Source of the DNA: a virus
Strand: one strand, 5' to 3'
Virus record (IMG/VR): IMGVR_UViG_3300035034_001742
Span: 15,522 to 79,521 of that record
DNA length: 64,000 nt
The position numbers and the translations under genes are program-made. Below, piece after piece: positions 32,484 to 43,007 of the stretch. Under the pieces are notes generated by a model. That model was given only the letters and a program-made list of their open reading frames with translations, made no database searches and was not told the origin of the DNA. Every line of letters starts with the position of its first letter. The stretch's first letter is position 1.

Positions 32484-33694
32484 TGGATGAATCCAATAAT
32501 CATTTTTGCATGGCGCCATGGCTTCATTTACACATGTGGCCAAATGGTAACGTGTATCCATGTTGTACTGCACCGTCAGAGGATCCATTTGGCAATACCA
32601 AGACTGAATCATTAGAAGAAGTATGGAATGGAGATCGTATGCGAGAGCTACGATCTAACATGCTCTCCGATAAGCCAAGCAAGTCATGTGAACGTTGTTA
32701 CAAACTGGAGGAGCATGGTTCCTTTAGTATGCGCAAAGACATGAACCAAAAATTCAAGCACCGCTATAACGATACCAAAAAGACACACCAAGATGGGCAT
32801 CATCCCGAAATGAAAATGCGATACATGGACATTCGGTTCAGCAACATTTGCAACTTCAAGTGTCGCAGTTGTGGGCCTGAGTTGAGCTCGCTGTGGTACG
32901 ACGATCAGGTTATATTACATGGCAAGCCGGATGGCAAGCGAATACAGCGTCCGTTTAAAACTACCACTGAGCTATGGCAAAACCTTGAAAAGATTCTTCC
33001 TTATGTTGAAGAAGTTTACTTTGCAGGTGGCGAGCCTCTTGTGTCCGTTGAGCATTATGAGATACTAGATTACTTAGTCGAGCATAATAGAACTGATGTG
33101 CGTTTGGTATACAACACCAACTTCAGTAAACTGCGTTTCAAAGGCAAAGACGTATTTGATTATTGGAAAAAGTTTGCAGACGTTAATGTTGGTGCTAGCT
33201 TGGATGCCATGGGAGAACGCGCCGAGTACATGCGTGCAGGAACAGTGTGGGAAGACATAGAAATAAACAGACAGCGTTTGCAAAAAGAATGCCCGCATGT
33301 TTCTTTCTTTATTGCCGCTACTGTATCTCTTTACAACGGCTGGCACTTGCCCGACTTTTACTTGGACTGGCTAAACAAAGGGTTTTCGCATTGGGAATCA
33401 ATCAATATAAATATATTGCATTACCCAGCACACCTCAGCTTAACTGTGTTACCTGCAGAAATCAAAGAACAGATAACTGCAAAGTATAAAAGAGCAATTG
33501 CACGCATACCACCTGAGTACAGAGAATTTAATAGACTGGCAAGCGTGGTTGACTACATGAACAGTCGTGATGACAGTCACATGATTCCAGAATTCTTCAA
33601 GCGCAATGAAACACTTGACGACATCAGAAATGAAGACTTTATTACTGCATTTCCTGAACTAAAGCCCATGATGCAATACAAGGAAACAAAATGA
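32483..33694 (+). CDS. Radical SAM protein with N-terminal twitch-like domain
   Basis: CNFKCRSC; AGGEP; FCMAPWLH...PCC...SCERC. Confidence 0.92.
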   Translation: MDESNNHFCMAPWLHLHMWPNGNVYPCCTAPSEDPFGNTKTESLEEVWNGDRMRELRSNMLSDKPSKSCERCYKLEEHGSFSMRKDMNQKFKHRYNDTKKTHQDGHHPEMKMRYMDIRFSNICNFKCRSCGPELSSLWYDDQVILHGKPDGKRIQRPFKTTTELWQNLEKILPYVEEVYFAGGEPLVSVEHYEILDYLVEHNRTDVRLVYNTNFSKLRFKGKDVFDYWKKFADVNVGASLDAMGERAEYMRAGTVWEDIEINRQRLQKECPHVSFFIAATVSLYNGWHLPDFYLDWLNKGFSHWESININILHYPAHLSLTVLPAEIKEQITAKYKRAIARIPPEYREFNRLASVVDYMNSRDDSHMIPEFFKRNETLDDIRNEDFITAFPELKPMMQYKETK

Positions 33695-33804
33695 AAAACG
33701 ACAGACATGTTGTACTATACAATCGGTATCTAATCTGTTACTACTTGTACATTCCAACATACCGCATTGTAGATGATCAGTTTTGGGACGATGCTAGTAA
33801 ATGA
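33691..33804 (+). CDS. Small Tyr-rich peptide (37 aa), below the ORF-track cutoff
   Basis: MKNDRHVVLYNRYLICYYLYIPTYRIVDDQFWDDASK; ATGA overlaps with both flanking radical SAM genes; AAGGA SD. Confidence 0.6.
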   Translation: MKNDRHVVLYNRYLICYYLYIPTYRIVDDQFWDDASK

Positions 33805-35018
33805 GCAAAGCCAAAACTAACTTCTGCGTGCTGCCTTGGGTACACCTAAGTGCCGATACAGATGGCACCTTTAGTCCGTGCTGTCTGTATCAAGGTGCCA
33901 TCAAACGCGACGATGGTAAGAAGCACATAACCGAAGGTGTTACTGTTAGTGACGTGTGGAACGGCAAATACATGCAGGATCTGCGTACCCAGTTTATTAA
34001 CGATGAGAGGCCGCATGAGTGTCGTTACTGCTGGGACTTAGAAGACGGTGGCATGAAAAGCAAGCGAATAAACGACTTAGAGCGGTTCCATGTACCAGAA
34101 CAAGCCTATGAGGCTGTTACCTCGGAAAAACCCATCTATTTCGACTTAAAACTAGGCAGTATATGCAATCTAAAGTGCCGTATATGCACGTTTGAGAACA
34201 GTATCAAGTGGGCCAAAGATGCCAAAGCGTTAAAGCTTGCAGACGACAGTCTTGTGGATTACTACCTTGCAAACAGTCGGTGGGCAGAAGACTATCCTGA
34301 ATTTTGGCAAGACCTATTGCAATACACAGATGATGTTGTGCAAATAGACTTTGCAGGTGGTGACCCATTACTGATCAAGGAGCATTACCGTTTCTTAGAA
34401 ATGTTAACTGAGCGTACAGATGTATCTAACATAGCCATTCACTATAATACCAACGGCACCATACTGCCCTCGGATCATGTACTACAAAATATATGGCCGC
34501 AGTTCAAGCGTGTCGAGATAATGCTAAGCATAGATGCAGTAGGCAAGAAGTTTGAATATCAGCGACATGGAGCAAAGTGGCCAACTGTGGATAAGAATGT
34601 TGCAAAGTTTGATGCATTCGACAATACTGTTTTACAGGTTTGCCATACAGTAAATATACTAAACGTTCTTGACATTTGCGACTTCGTGGTATGGGCAGAA
34701 GATAAGAACCTTGAAATCTATTTTAACATGTTGTATCATCCGGATTATTACAATATTAAAAACTTGCCGCTGTCGGCAAAACAAGTTGTAACTAACCGAG
34801 TTAAACACATGCTAAATACACATACGTTTAAATACAAGTCGGCCAGTAAGTCACTTGAAGAAATACGCGACTATGTTGGTACACCAGGTGGGACCGGCGA
34901 GTTAATTGCATTTAATGATATTACACACAAACTTGATGATTTTAGAAATGAAGACTTTGCATCAACTTTCCCGGAGTTAAAAGAGCACCTATATGGAGAA
35001 GCCAAACAAACTACCTGA
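33801..35018 (+). CDS. Radical SAM protein with N-terminal twitch-like domain
   Basis: CNLKCRIC; AGGDP; FCVLPWVH...PCC...ECRYC. Confidence 0.92.
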   Translation: MSKAKTNFCVLPWVHLSADTDGTFSPCCLYQGAIKRDDGKKHITEGVTVSDVWNGKYMQDLRTQFINDERPHECRYCWDLEDGGMKSKRINDLERFHVPEQAYEAVTSEKPIYFDLKLGSICNLKCRICTFENSIKWAKDAKALKLADDSLVDYYLANSRWAEDYPEFWQDLLQYTDDVVQIDFAGGDPLLIKEHYRFLEMLTERTDVSNIAIHYNTNGTILPSDHVLQNIWPQFKRVEIMLSIDAVGKKFEYQRHGAKWPTVDKNVAKFDAFDNTVLQVCHTVNILNVLDICDFVVWAEDKNLEIYFNMLYHPDYYNIKNLPLSAKQVVTNRVKHMLNTHTFKYKSASKSLEEIRDYVGTPGGTGELIAFNDITHKLDDFRNEDFASTFPELKEHLYGEAKQTT

Positions 35019-36321
35019 TGTATTCTGTACGGCACCGTGGACTCACACCTATGTTAGTCCTCAAGGCGAAAGACGCCTATGCTGTGCCAGTAGAGAAGAC
35101 GCATCATTTCAACGACAGTACATAGATGCTGACACCGGAACAAAGACCGACACGTTCAATCCTGATACTTTAGTCCAGCACTGGAACTCAGAGTACATGA
35201 AAGATATTCGCAAGCGCATAATGGCCGGTGAGAAGATATCACAATGCGAAGTGTGCAACGATCAAGTTCTCAATCTACACACCTATCGTAACTATTTTAC
35301 TCAGACTCTCTTTCCTCATCACATTGATAAAATTTACGAGAGTACATCGGAAGATGGCCACACCACACTTGAACCCGTTAGCTTCGATTATCGACTTAGC
35401 AACCGTTGCGACTTTAAATGTCGTATGTGCGGAGAGCAACTTAGCTCAAGCTGGGAAGCCGAAAAGCGAAAGCATGGCATGTGGGATCCTAAGATTGACA
35501 AGTGGATGGCACCAGAACTACGCATTCCAATCAAAGACTTTCAAGAGAATGTGCTCGAAGATGAGCTACAACGTGCCGTAGACAACGAAACAGTTGAAGA
35601 ATTATATTGGGTAGGCGGCGAACCATTGATGTGGGAGAAGCACTGGACCGTGATGCAACAACTTGTTGATACAGGTCACTCCAAGAATGTGGTTGTGCGC
35701 TACAATACGAACCTAAACCGATTGAGTCGTAAAGATTCAAAGCTGTACGACTTGTTGCCGCATTTCAAGCGCGTTAACCTGTGCGCTAGCATAGACGGTG
35801 GTGGGCCAATAGGCGAATACATACGAACCGGATTAAACTGGACAAAATGGTTAGACAATTTCAAACAAGGACTATTCTTAAAAGAACAGTTCGGTAACGA
35901 CGGCATTGTGTTCGATGTAACACTGACCATGCCCGGGTTGTTTGCCCTGCAAGACATGTTTGACTTGGCAATTGAGTTAGACGTCAAAACTTATTTAAAG
36001 ATTACATTTTCGTTTGACAGTACTGTTCTCATGTCGCCCATGTCATTGCCACGCAATGTTCTTGATGGCATCATAGATGACTTGTTGGTTCATATGACAC
36101 CACGAGCAACCGATAAAACACAAGTGTACATTGACACGCTTAAAGAAATGAAGAAGCGCCCTGTATTTGAAGAGCAGTATGACAACTATCAAGACGGCTT
36201 TCGAGAAGGACGTAAACGTTTGCTTGACATAGAAGCAATTAGAAAACAACCAATTATCATGGAAGAAATACTTTCGACCAACAGTCTTGCACTGAGTTGG
36301 TGGAATCAGGAGATACAATGA
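34993..36321 (+). CDS. Radical SAM protein with N-terminal twitch-like domain
   Basis: CDFKCRMC; VGGEP; FCTAPWTH...LCC...QCEVC. Confidence 0.92.
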   Translation: MEKPNKLPDVFCTAPWTHTYVSPQGERRLCCASREDASFQRQYIDADTGTKTDTFNPDTLVQHWNSEYMKDIRKRIMAGEKISQCEVCNDQVLNLHTYRNYFTQTLFPHHIDKIYESTSEDGHTTLEPVSFDYRLSNRCDFKCRMCGEQLSSSWEAEKRKHGMWDPKIDKWMAPELRIPIKDFQENVLEDELQRAVDNETVEELYWVGGEPLMWEKHWTVMQQLVDTGHSKNVVVRYNTNLNRLSRKDSKLYDLLPHFKRVNLCASIDGGGPIGEYIRTGLNWTKWLDNFKQGLFLKEQFGNDGIVFDVTLTMPGLFALQDMFDLAIELDVKTYLKITFSFDSTVLMSPMSLPRNVLDGIIDDLLVHMTPRATDKTQVYIDTLKEMKKRPVFEEQYDNYQDGFREGRKRLLDIEAIRKQPIIMEEILSTNSLALSWWNQEIQ

Positions 36322-37583
36322 GCAAAGATCCAAATAAAACATTTTGTGTGCTACCGTGGATTCACTTAGCAACACATCCTATGGGGCATGTTACTCTTTG
36401 TTGTGAAGCTGACATGAACAATAATGCTAGTAGCAGTAGAGACAAGTTCGATACCATAGACGGCAAGCAACTAGAAGAACTAAAGTATTTAGGCAAGCAT
36501 GCAATAACAAAAATACACAATAGCGATTACTTTAACGAAGTGCGCAAGCAAATGTTAGAAGGCGAACGTCCTTCGGCTTGTACCAGATGTTTTGACCGCG
36601 AAGACCAAGGACTAGACAGTAAGCGATTGCTGGAACACCGTGAGTATCCCAATTATAAAATCGAAGAAGCAATCGAAAACACAAACGACAACGGCAGTCT
36701 AAAGAAAACAGATTTCAGATTTGTTGAGTTTAGGCTGGGCAATGTGTGTAATGTAAAATGTAGAACATGTAACCCTGCTAGCTCAAACAGATGGAAAACC
36801 GATTACGAAAAACTACAAGACGGTGACTGGGATGGTGCCAAAGCAATTCCTCAGTACCGTGGAATAGATTGGAGTACATTTGACTGGTGCGAAGACCCAG
36901 ACGTTTATGAGGATATTCTTGATAAGTGTGAAAACTTAGAAAGCCTATATATAAATGGCGGTGAGCCAACACTCATTAAAGAGCATTGGACATTCCTTCA
37001 GCAACTCATTGACAAAGGATTTGCAAAGAATATTAAAGTATGGTACAGTTTGAATATGACAATGATTCCAGACATTGCATTTGAGTTGTGGAGTCAATTT
37101 AAAGAAGTTGAAATACGCGCAAGCATAGACGATATTGAACACCGTAATACTTACATAAGACACCCGACCAAATGGAAGAATGTGCTGAAAACTGTTGACC
37201 TATGCTTGAATAGTGACACTGTTAGAATTAAAATATTGCAAACTATAAGTGTATATAATTTCCCATACTTGAGTGAGTTTCACGATTACTGGAACAACTA
37301 CAACGACCGCATAGAAATTGCACACAACTTTGTTATGTATCCTGACTTCATGGCACCCGATGTAATTCCGTTGGAAATAAGAAAGAAAATAATTGAAAAG
37401 ATTATGCAATGCAATACAATGTCGCAACAACAGAAGCATGAAATACAACAATTATACGGAACAAAAGAACACGATCCCGAGAAATGGCAACTGTTTCTTA
37501 ATTACACTGCTGAGCTTGACTCAATAAGACGCGAATCGTTTGATGAAACTTTTCCTGAATTTAAAGAATTAATAGATGGTTAA
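36318..37583 (+). CDS. Radical SAM protein with N-terminal twitch-like domain
   Basis: CNVKCRTC; NGGEP; FCVLPWIH...LCC...ACTRC. Start moved to ATG 36318 (AGGAG SD, ATGA overlap). Confidence 0.92.
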   Translation: MSKDPNKTFCVLPWIHLATHPMGHVTLCCEADMNNNASSSRDKFDTIDGKQLEELKYLGKHAITKIHNSDYFNEVRKQMLEGERPSACTRCFDREDQGLDSKRLLEHREYPNYKIEEAIENTNDNGSLKKTDFRFVEFRLGNVCNVKCRTCNPASSNRWKTDYEKLQDGDWDGAKAIPQYRGIDWSTFDWCEDPDVYEDILDKCENLESLYINGGEPTLIKEHWTFLQQLIDKGFAKNIKVWYSLNMTMIPDIAFELWSQFKEVEIRASIDDIEHRNTYIRHPTKWKNVLKTVDLCLNSDTVRIKILQTISVYNFPYLSEFHDYWNNYNDRIEIAHNFVMYPDFMAPDVIPLEIRKKIIEKIMQCNTMSQQQKHEIQQLYGTKEHDPEKWQLFLNYTAELDSIRRESFDETFPEFKELIDG

Positions 37584-38658
37584 TTTAGTTCATAGCAGAA
37601 ACAAAGACTTAAAACGTAAATCTTACCGCGGCAAAGATTCGTTATTTGGTTATCTTGATTATTATGATGTTGAGTACTCGAGTGTTTACCGACATCATGG
37701 ATATCTGGTTATAGAATTAGTTAACATTTTCGAAACTGCTGACCTGCTTGATTACTTTAGCCCGTGTGAACGCGCAATGGTAGCAAGCGGTTGGTACAAA
37801 TTGTTATTGTTTTATCCGAAGGAACCGGTAAGTTATCGGTTAATAAAGACATCGTTGGATGCACTAAACAATCATTTCATACCGAATAAAAATATTATAC
37901 TTGTGACAGGTGAACACGGACCTGAACTACTGCGAGAGTTTCCGTCGGATCTAACTGTTATACCGTACTTCTGGTTTGATATGTCCACCTTGCACAGTTA
38001 TAGTGGACGCACCGATATATCACATAACCCGAGCAAGAGTTTTTTGTGTTATAATGGCACAGTAAAGCTACATCGAACACTGATGTTCGAGCAACTTCAG
38101 GACAACAAAGACGGCTATGTTAGCTACCTCAAGCGCATTTACAGCAAAGATGTTGTGCAGGATGAAATAGATAACAGTTTGCTATCAGTACATGAAAAGA
38201 TAGTTGCACAGAATATATCCTATTCGTCACCTGTTGAAATTGATTTGTCTCCGAGCCAATGTATTACAAATCAGTTTACAGACGACTTAGATTTATATCA
38301 CGACACCAAATTTAGTATTGTTACTGAATCTATCTCGAGTACCGGCTCTTTGTTCATAACAGAAAAAACATTTAAAGCAATATTATCTATGCATCCGTTT
38401 ATGATTTCGGGAAGCCCAGGGCTGATTGCGTTTATGCAGTCACAAGGCTATAAAAGTTATGACTTGATGTTTGACGAAACGTATGATAATATACGACACC
38501 TAACAGATCGCATGCGAGCCATTGTCGACCAGGTAGCTAATTGTAAATCAACAAATCCGGAATCGGTGTTTGATATTGCACATTTTAACCGAGAGAGATG
38601 CCTAACCACTGACTATGGCTCTCGACTAAACAGTTTACTTGAGCTCATCGACAAATGA
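37576..38658 (+). CDS. GT10-like (GT-B) glycosyltransferase-related protein
   Basis: FLCYNG...HR...FSIVTES...FITEKTFKA...PF...FDETYD. Confidence 0.55.
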   Translation: MVNLVHSRNKDLKRKSYRGKDSLFGYLDYYDVEYSSVYRHHGYLVIELVNIFETADLLDYFSPCERAMVASGWYKLLLFYPKEPVSYRLIKTSLDALNNHFIPNKNIILVTGEHGPELLREFPSDLTVIPYFWFDMSTLHSYSGRTDISHNPSKSFLCYNGTVKLHRTLMFEQLQDNKDGYVSYLKRIYSKDVVQDEIDNSLLSVHEKIVAQNISYSSPVEIDLSPSQCITNQFTDDLDLYHDTKFSIVTESISSTGSLFITEKTFKAILSMHPFMISGSPGLIAFMQSQGYKSYDLMFDETYDNIRHLTDRMRAIVDQVANCKSTNPESVFDIAHFNRERCLTTDYGSRLNSLLELIDK

Positions 38659-39299
38659 AAATACTATTACTGGTCCCGGATTTTAGCGATCCTTTCGTAT
38701 CGCATATGATGAGTAGATTATCCAGCAATGATGATAACTTAGATATTAAAACATTTAGTTATGAGTTCGATGTAAGCATGTATGATATTATATATATATT
38801 TCCCGGAATGATCCACGGACATATTACAGATAGCATTATTAAGAAAAAAGTAGGACCACTCGTGCTTGGGTTATTATCACACCATAACAGTGTGCTGTTA
38901 TTGCACCATCATTACTCCTGTTTTTATCATGCAGTTACGCTAACTTTTCGTGTAGTTACTGAAAATTTATTTATTAATCCTTTTGGTATGCTGGTGTTGT
39001 TACACAAATATCCGGTAATAGAAAACTATCAATTCGGCAACGGTGACCACGATACCTTCATTTTTGCGAATAACAGTGCTATAATCTGCTTGGTATCAAG
39101 GGTTAATGTTGAAGAGCATGACAAAAAACTAATGCCTGTTATACCGCTTAACGAGTATGTATCGACAAACTTTGAGTTTGATATTTTCTTTAATGAAAGT
39201 TATATATCCTTACCTGTCTTAAGAGAGTTCGGTGATTCATTTTGGAAAATGAATTTTTATCAAATATGGGAGAGCTTTTATCATAAAACTTATGGATGA
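38655..39299 (+). CDS. Hypothetical protein
   Basis: 214-aa ORF with ATGA overlap; no motif recognised. Confidence 0.6.
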   Translation: MKILLLVPDFSDPFVSHMMSRLSSNDDNLDIKTFSYEFDVSMYDIIYIFPGMIHGHITDSIIKKKVGPLVLGLLSHHNSVLLLHHHYSCFYHAVTLTFRVVTENLFINPFGMLVLLHKYPVIENYQFGNGDHDTFIFANNSAIICLVSRVNVEEHDKKLMPVIPLNEYVSTNFEFDIFFNESYISLPVLREFGDSFWKMNFYQIWESFYHKTYG

Positions 39300-40434
39300 G
39301 CATTCGTACAAGACAGGACGTACATTTTACGATACTGTGTTTTACTATGACTACAAATATGCAAATATGCATGTTAAGCCAGTCGATTGCAGATATGTAG
39401 ACTATTCAATAGGGATCATACATTATATTGTTTCGCACTGGGGGTATTTCGGCGACAAGCCGGCTGACATAACAGATGAAATGATTCGATATGCCAAGCA
39501 AGGAAAGGTTAACATTCTATTTGATTTTTCATTCGAGGGAGAATTATTACCACTACAAAATTTCTTAGATCATATGAGTGGGTTGGGATTGCCAGAAAAT
39601 TCTTACAGTGCAATCACATCTGCAGGGTATCTCGACGGGTTTTGTCTGCCGGATAAACGCATGATACATTCACCTATGTTTGAAGTAAAGGCGCTAAAGT
39701 GCATGCGATATGAAATTGATAAGCCCATACACAGTTTCGGATTAACGGAACGTCGTAAATTTATAATGCTGAATGCAAGACCGAGGCCAGGTCGAATTAT
39801 ACTTTCGTATTTACTATATGCCGCCAATGTTCTCGATAAAGGCTATTGCTCTGTGCCAGCAGAAACAGGAAACGTTGTGGAAACTTACGATTTTTTTGAA
39901 ACAATAGAAGTAGAAAAAAAGAGAGGGTTTAGTAACATCAATCCTGCCACAGTGAGTAAAATGCATGCACAGCTACCCTTTGTGGTCGACCAAGTTAATT
40001 ACAACAATTCAATAATAATCAATGATACTATATTCTCAGATATATATGACCTAGTAGACTTTGCATTGATTACCGAAACCATGGCCGATGAATACCCGGG
40101 TAAAGTTTTTATAACAGAAAAAGTACTTAAAGCAATTGCAAATAAAGTTCCGTTTATTGTGCTCGGAGATATACACACATTAAAATATTTAAAACAGTTA
40201 GGATATAAAACGTTTGATTTTTTAATTGACGAAAGCTATGACTCGATGCCGTATGTCGATAGAGTAAATACAATAGTTGCAGAAGTAACACGATTATGTG
40301 ATGTAGATTTTAACAAGTACAGTACCCAGATTAAAGCAGTGACAGAACACAATTATAGTGTGCTGTCCAATGCAGACAACTACACAAAGAGAATATCTAA
40401 TGTAATAGATTTTCTTAGCAAACGCCCTACATAA
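39292..40434 (+). CDS. GT10-like (GT-B) glycosyltransferase-related protein
   Basis: FIMLNARPRPGR...FALITET...FITEKVLKA...PFIVLG...IDESYD. Confidence 0.55.
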   Translation: MDEHSYKTGRTFYDTVFYYDYKYANMHVKPVDCRYVDYSIGIIHYIVSHWGYFGDKPADITDEMIRYAKQGKVNILFDFSFEGELLPLQNFLDHMSGLGLPENSYSAITSAGYLDGFCLPDKRMIHSPMFEVKALKCMRYEIDKPIHSFGLTERRKFIMLNARPRPGRIILSYLLYAANVLDKGYCSVPAETGNVVETYDFFETIEVEKKRGFSNINPATVSKMHAQLPFVVDQVNYNNSIIINDTIFSDIYDLVDFALITETMADEYPGKVFITEKVLKAIANKVPFIVLGDIHTLKYLKQLGYKTFDFLIDESYDSMPYVDRVNTIVAEVTRLCDVDFNKYSTQIKAVTEHNYSVLSNADNYTKRISNVIDFLSKRPT

Positions 40435-40544
40435 TTAATTTTTAAAAGAGACATCAATGTATAATTTACTACTAATACAATTTAGTAACAACCTGTTGGA
40501 GAATATCTCCGACTCACTTAACAAGTAAAATGTCACTGGCACGT

Positions 40545-40552
40545 AATAAATA
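40545..40552 (+). promoter_or_regulatory. Possible late promoter AATAAATA
   Basis: Variant octamer 23 nt before the ugd ATG. Confidence 0.35.
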
Positions 40553-40575
40553 AACTAAAACATATTAGGACAATC

Positions 40576-41790
40576 ATGAAAGTTGGATTTATAGGAATTG
40601 GAAAATTGGGTGAGCCATGTGCTTACCAAATGTCAAAACACTACGATGTAATAGGTTATGATTCGTTTGCAACCCAATCACGCTTTCCACAAGCAGATTC
40701 AGTACAAGAATGCATGCAAGGCAGAGATATAATTTTTATTGCTGTGCCTACGCCACATGACCCAGCATACGATGGCAAAGAACCTACCACTCACTTAGAG
40801 CCAAAGGATTTCAATTATTCTATAGTTGAAGAAGTATTAAATGAAGTCGCTAAACACGCATCTAACAAACAATTAGTTGTTCTCATCAGCACAGTGTTAC
40901 CTGGTACTACTAGGTCAGTTTTTCAGCCATATTTAGGCGGATTTAGGTTCGTGTATAACCCTTATTTGATAGCAATGGGGACTGTAGAATTTGATATGGT
41001 AAACCCAGAGATGATCATTATAGGAACCGAAGACGGATCGTTAACTGGCGATGCGCAAGCACTCATTGACTTTTACAAACCTATAATGGAAAACAACCCG
41101 CGCATCGAAGTAGGCACGTGGGATGAAGCCGAGTCAATCAAAATTTTCTACAATACCTGGATTAGTTCTAAGTTAGCATTGGTTAACATGATGCAAGACG
41201 TAGCCGAAAAGAATGGCAACATCAATGTCGATGTGGTTACATCTGCATTGTCTAAATCAACATTTCGCATAACCGGACCCAAGTACATGACTGCCGGACT
41301 AGGCGACGGCGGTGCGTGTCACCCTAGAGATAATATTGCACTGCGCCACATGGCCGGTCAACTGGACCTCGGATATGATTTGTTCGATGCAATCATGGTG
41401 GCCCGCGAACAGCAAGCCAGCAACATGGCCAAGAGCTTGGTTTCATACGGTTTGCCAGTTGTTATAGTGGGCAAGTCATACAAACCTGGTGTTCAGTATT
41501 CAGCAGGATCAATCAGTATCTTAACAGGTGAGTATGTAAAAAAACATGCAGGCGAAGTGTATTATATAGATCACGACAAATGCGATGACGATCGAGACTG
41601 TGCAACATTTGACGAAAGTAAACCAATGACATACTTAATGGCACACTCCGAGGCAATAACGTACGATAACAATAGTGATAACGCTGTGATCAGTCCAGTT
41701 GCAGGATCTGTTATTGTTGATCCGTGGCGCAAGCATCCGCCGGTCAACGGCGTAAAGGTTGTACACTACGGAAATACCAGACGTGTATAA
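40576..41790 (+). CDS. ugd: UDP-glucose/GDP-mannose 6-dehydrogenase family protein
   Basis: GIGKLG Rossmann motif; IAVPTP; STVLPGT; AESIKIFYN; catalytic GGACHPRD; SYKPG. Confidence 0.92.
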   Translation: MKVGFIGIGKLGEPCAYQMSKHYDVIGYDSFATQSRFPQADSVQECMQGRDIIFIAVPTPHDPAYDGKEPTTHLEPKDFNYSIVEEVLNEVAKHASNKQLVVLISTVLPGTTRSVFQPYLGGFRFVYNPYLIAMGTVEFDMVNPEMIIIGTEDGSLTGDAQALIDFYKPIMENNPRIEVGTWDEAESIKIFYNTWISSKLALVNMMQDVAEKNGNINVDVVTSALSKSTFRITGPKYMTAGLGDGGACHPRDNIALRHMAGQLDLGYDLFDAIMVAREQQASNMAKSLVSYGLPVVIVGKSYKPGVQYSAGSISILTGEYVKKHAGEVYYIDHDKCDDDRDCATFDESKPMTYLMAHSEAITYDNNSDNAVISPVAGSVIVDPWRKHPPVNGVKVVHYGNTRRV

Positions 41791-42175
41791 GGTTGTTTCG
41801 TCGCCAATGTATTACGAAGAAATAAAAATAATGCATCTTATGTTACTTGCAAAACTAAAAGCATCTAACATGCTAGCCGCTCTGCCAGTAGACAATTCAA
41901 TCAGCCACGACATTGCAAATAAATTCTTTAATACAGACTGTACCGGTAGTCATTTATTCCACCTACCGGCTGCTAAATGCTTTCGATTTAATGTGCCTGC
42001 GATTATAATTACAATGTTTGCATCGCAAGCAACACAAGGCAATCTTGTAATTAACAATGACATTATCATCAACGACGGAAGCACACCGTCGTTGATGATG
42101 TATGGAAACAACTTAAGAATTATCAATACTGTATCATCAACAGTGAGCTTAATAATATCATGCAAGAAAATTTAA
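41759..42175 (+). CDS. Hypothetical protein (paralog of 42624-43007)
   Basis: Shared VDN...IANKFFN...SH...LP...CFRF; start may be GTG 41783. Confidence 0.6.
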   Translation: MYTTEIPDVYKVVSSPMYYEEIKIMHLMLLAKLKASNMLAALPVDNSISHDIANKFFNTDCTGSHLFHLPAAKCFRFNVPAIIITMFASQATQGNLVINNDIIINDGSTPSLMMYGNNLRIINTVSSTVSLIISCKKI

Positions 42176-42624
42176 TAAAGTTTCGTTTACCAAACTCAGT
42201 ATGCTCACAGTTAGACAACATTGAATCTCGGTATACAATAGCTAAAGAAACCGGCAAGAAGAAATTTTTAAACAGCGGATTCTATCTTAGTGAGTTGGAC
42301 GCCAACGACTTTGACATGACTGAGACTTACCAGTTCATTGGTGACAAACTAAAATCAGCTGGGTTTAGAATATCAAAAGACTTTAACTTAACGTTCATTA
42401 CCAATTGGCCGGGGCAGACATATATACGACATACCGATAATGTTTTCTTTGTGCATATACCTGTCATCACACACGCAGATTGTATGATGATTATCGAAGA
42501 TACTTTATACCATCTTGAACGTAACTGTTTTTATATTCTTAATACCAAGAAGTGGCATAGCGCATTTAATCTAAGCGACCAGCCGCGTTTACACTTGCTC
42601 CTAACTGCAGAAGAAATCAATTAA
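42160..42624 (+). CDS. 2OG-Fe(II) oxygenase, Asp/Asn beta-hydroxylase-like
   Basis: HTD...HIPVIT...HSAFN...PRLH (HxD...H...R). Confidence 0.78.
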   Translation: MQENLIKFRLPNSVCSQLDNIESRYTIAKETGKKKFLNSGFYLSELDANDFDMTETYQFIGDKLKSAGFRISKDFNLTFITNWPGQTYIRHTDNVFFVHIPVITHADCMMIIEDTLYHLERNCFYILNTKKWHSAFNLSDQPRLHLLLTAEEIN

Positions 42625-43007
42625 TGATTTCAACAACGGATATGCAAACAGCAAAAAGTCACACAGCTACATTGCAAGCGCAAGAAACATACGCTGAACT
42701 AATACATCGCTTAACAAGAACTAATGTGTTCTCAGCTAATGCTGTCGATAATAACTTGGCAAATTCTATTGCAAATAAGTTTTTTAATTGCAGTTCAGTT
42801 TACAGTCATGTATTGTATCTACCATCGAGGACTTGTTTTCGCTTTGCTAAGCCGACCATGGTGGTTCCTTTGTTTGTTTCCGGTGACACTGTAATAGTTA
42901 ACAACAAACACACCATTGTCAAATGCACCAATGACAGTATATTTTATAATAATGGGCTAGGTGTTGTTAATACCGGAGCACCGTCGTGTCTGTTGGTGTC
43001 GCAGTGA
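42624..43007 (+). CDS. Hypothetical protein (paralog of 41759-42175)
   Basis: VDNNLANSIANKFFN...SHVLYLP..CFRF. Confidence 0.6.
   Translation: MISTTDMQTAKSHTATLQAQETYAELIHRLTRTNVFSANAVDNNLANSIANKFFNCSSVYSHVLYLPSRTCFRFAKPTMVVPLFVSGDTVIVNNKHTIVKCTNDSIFYNNGLGVVNTGAPSCLLVSQ

Noticed and set aside
28373-37583. Assigning the radical SAM genes to MoaA, PqqE, QueE or NrdG
   Set aside because: Domain order and gene context do not fit, and no partner pathway genes are present in the window
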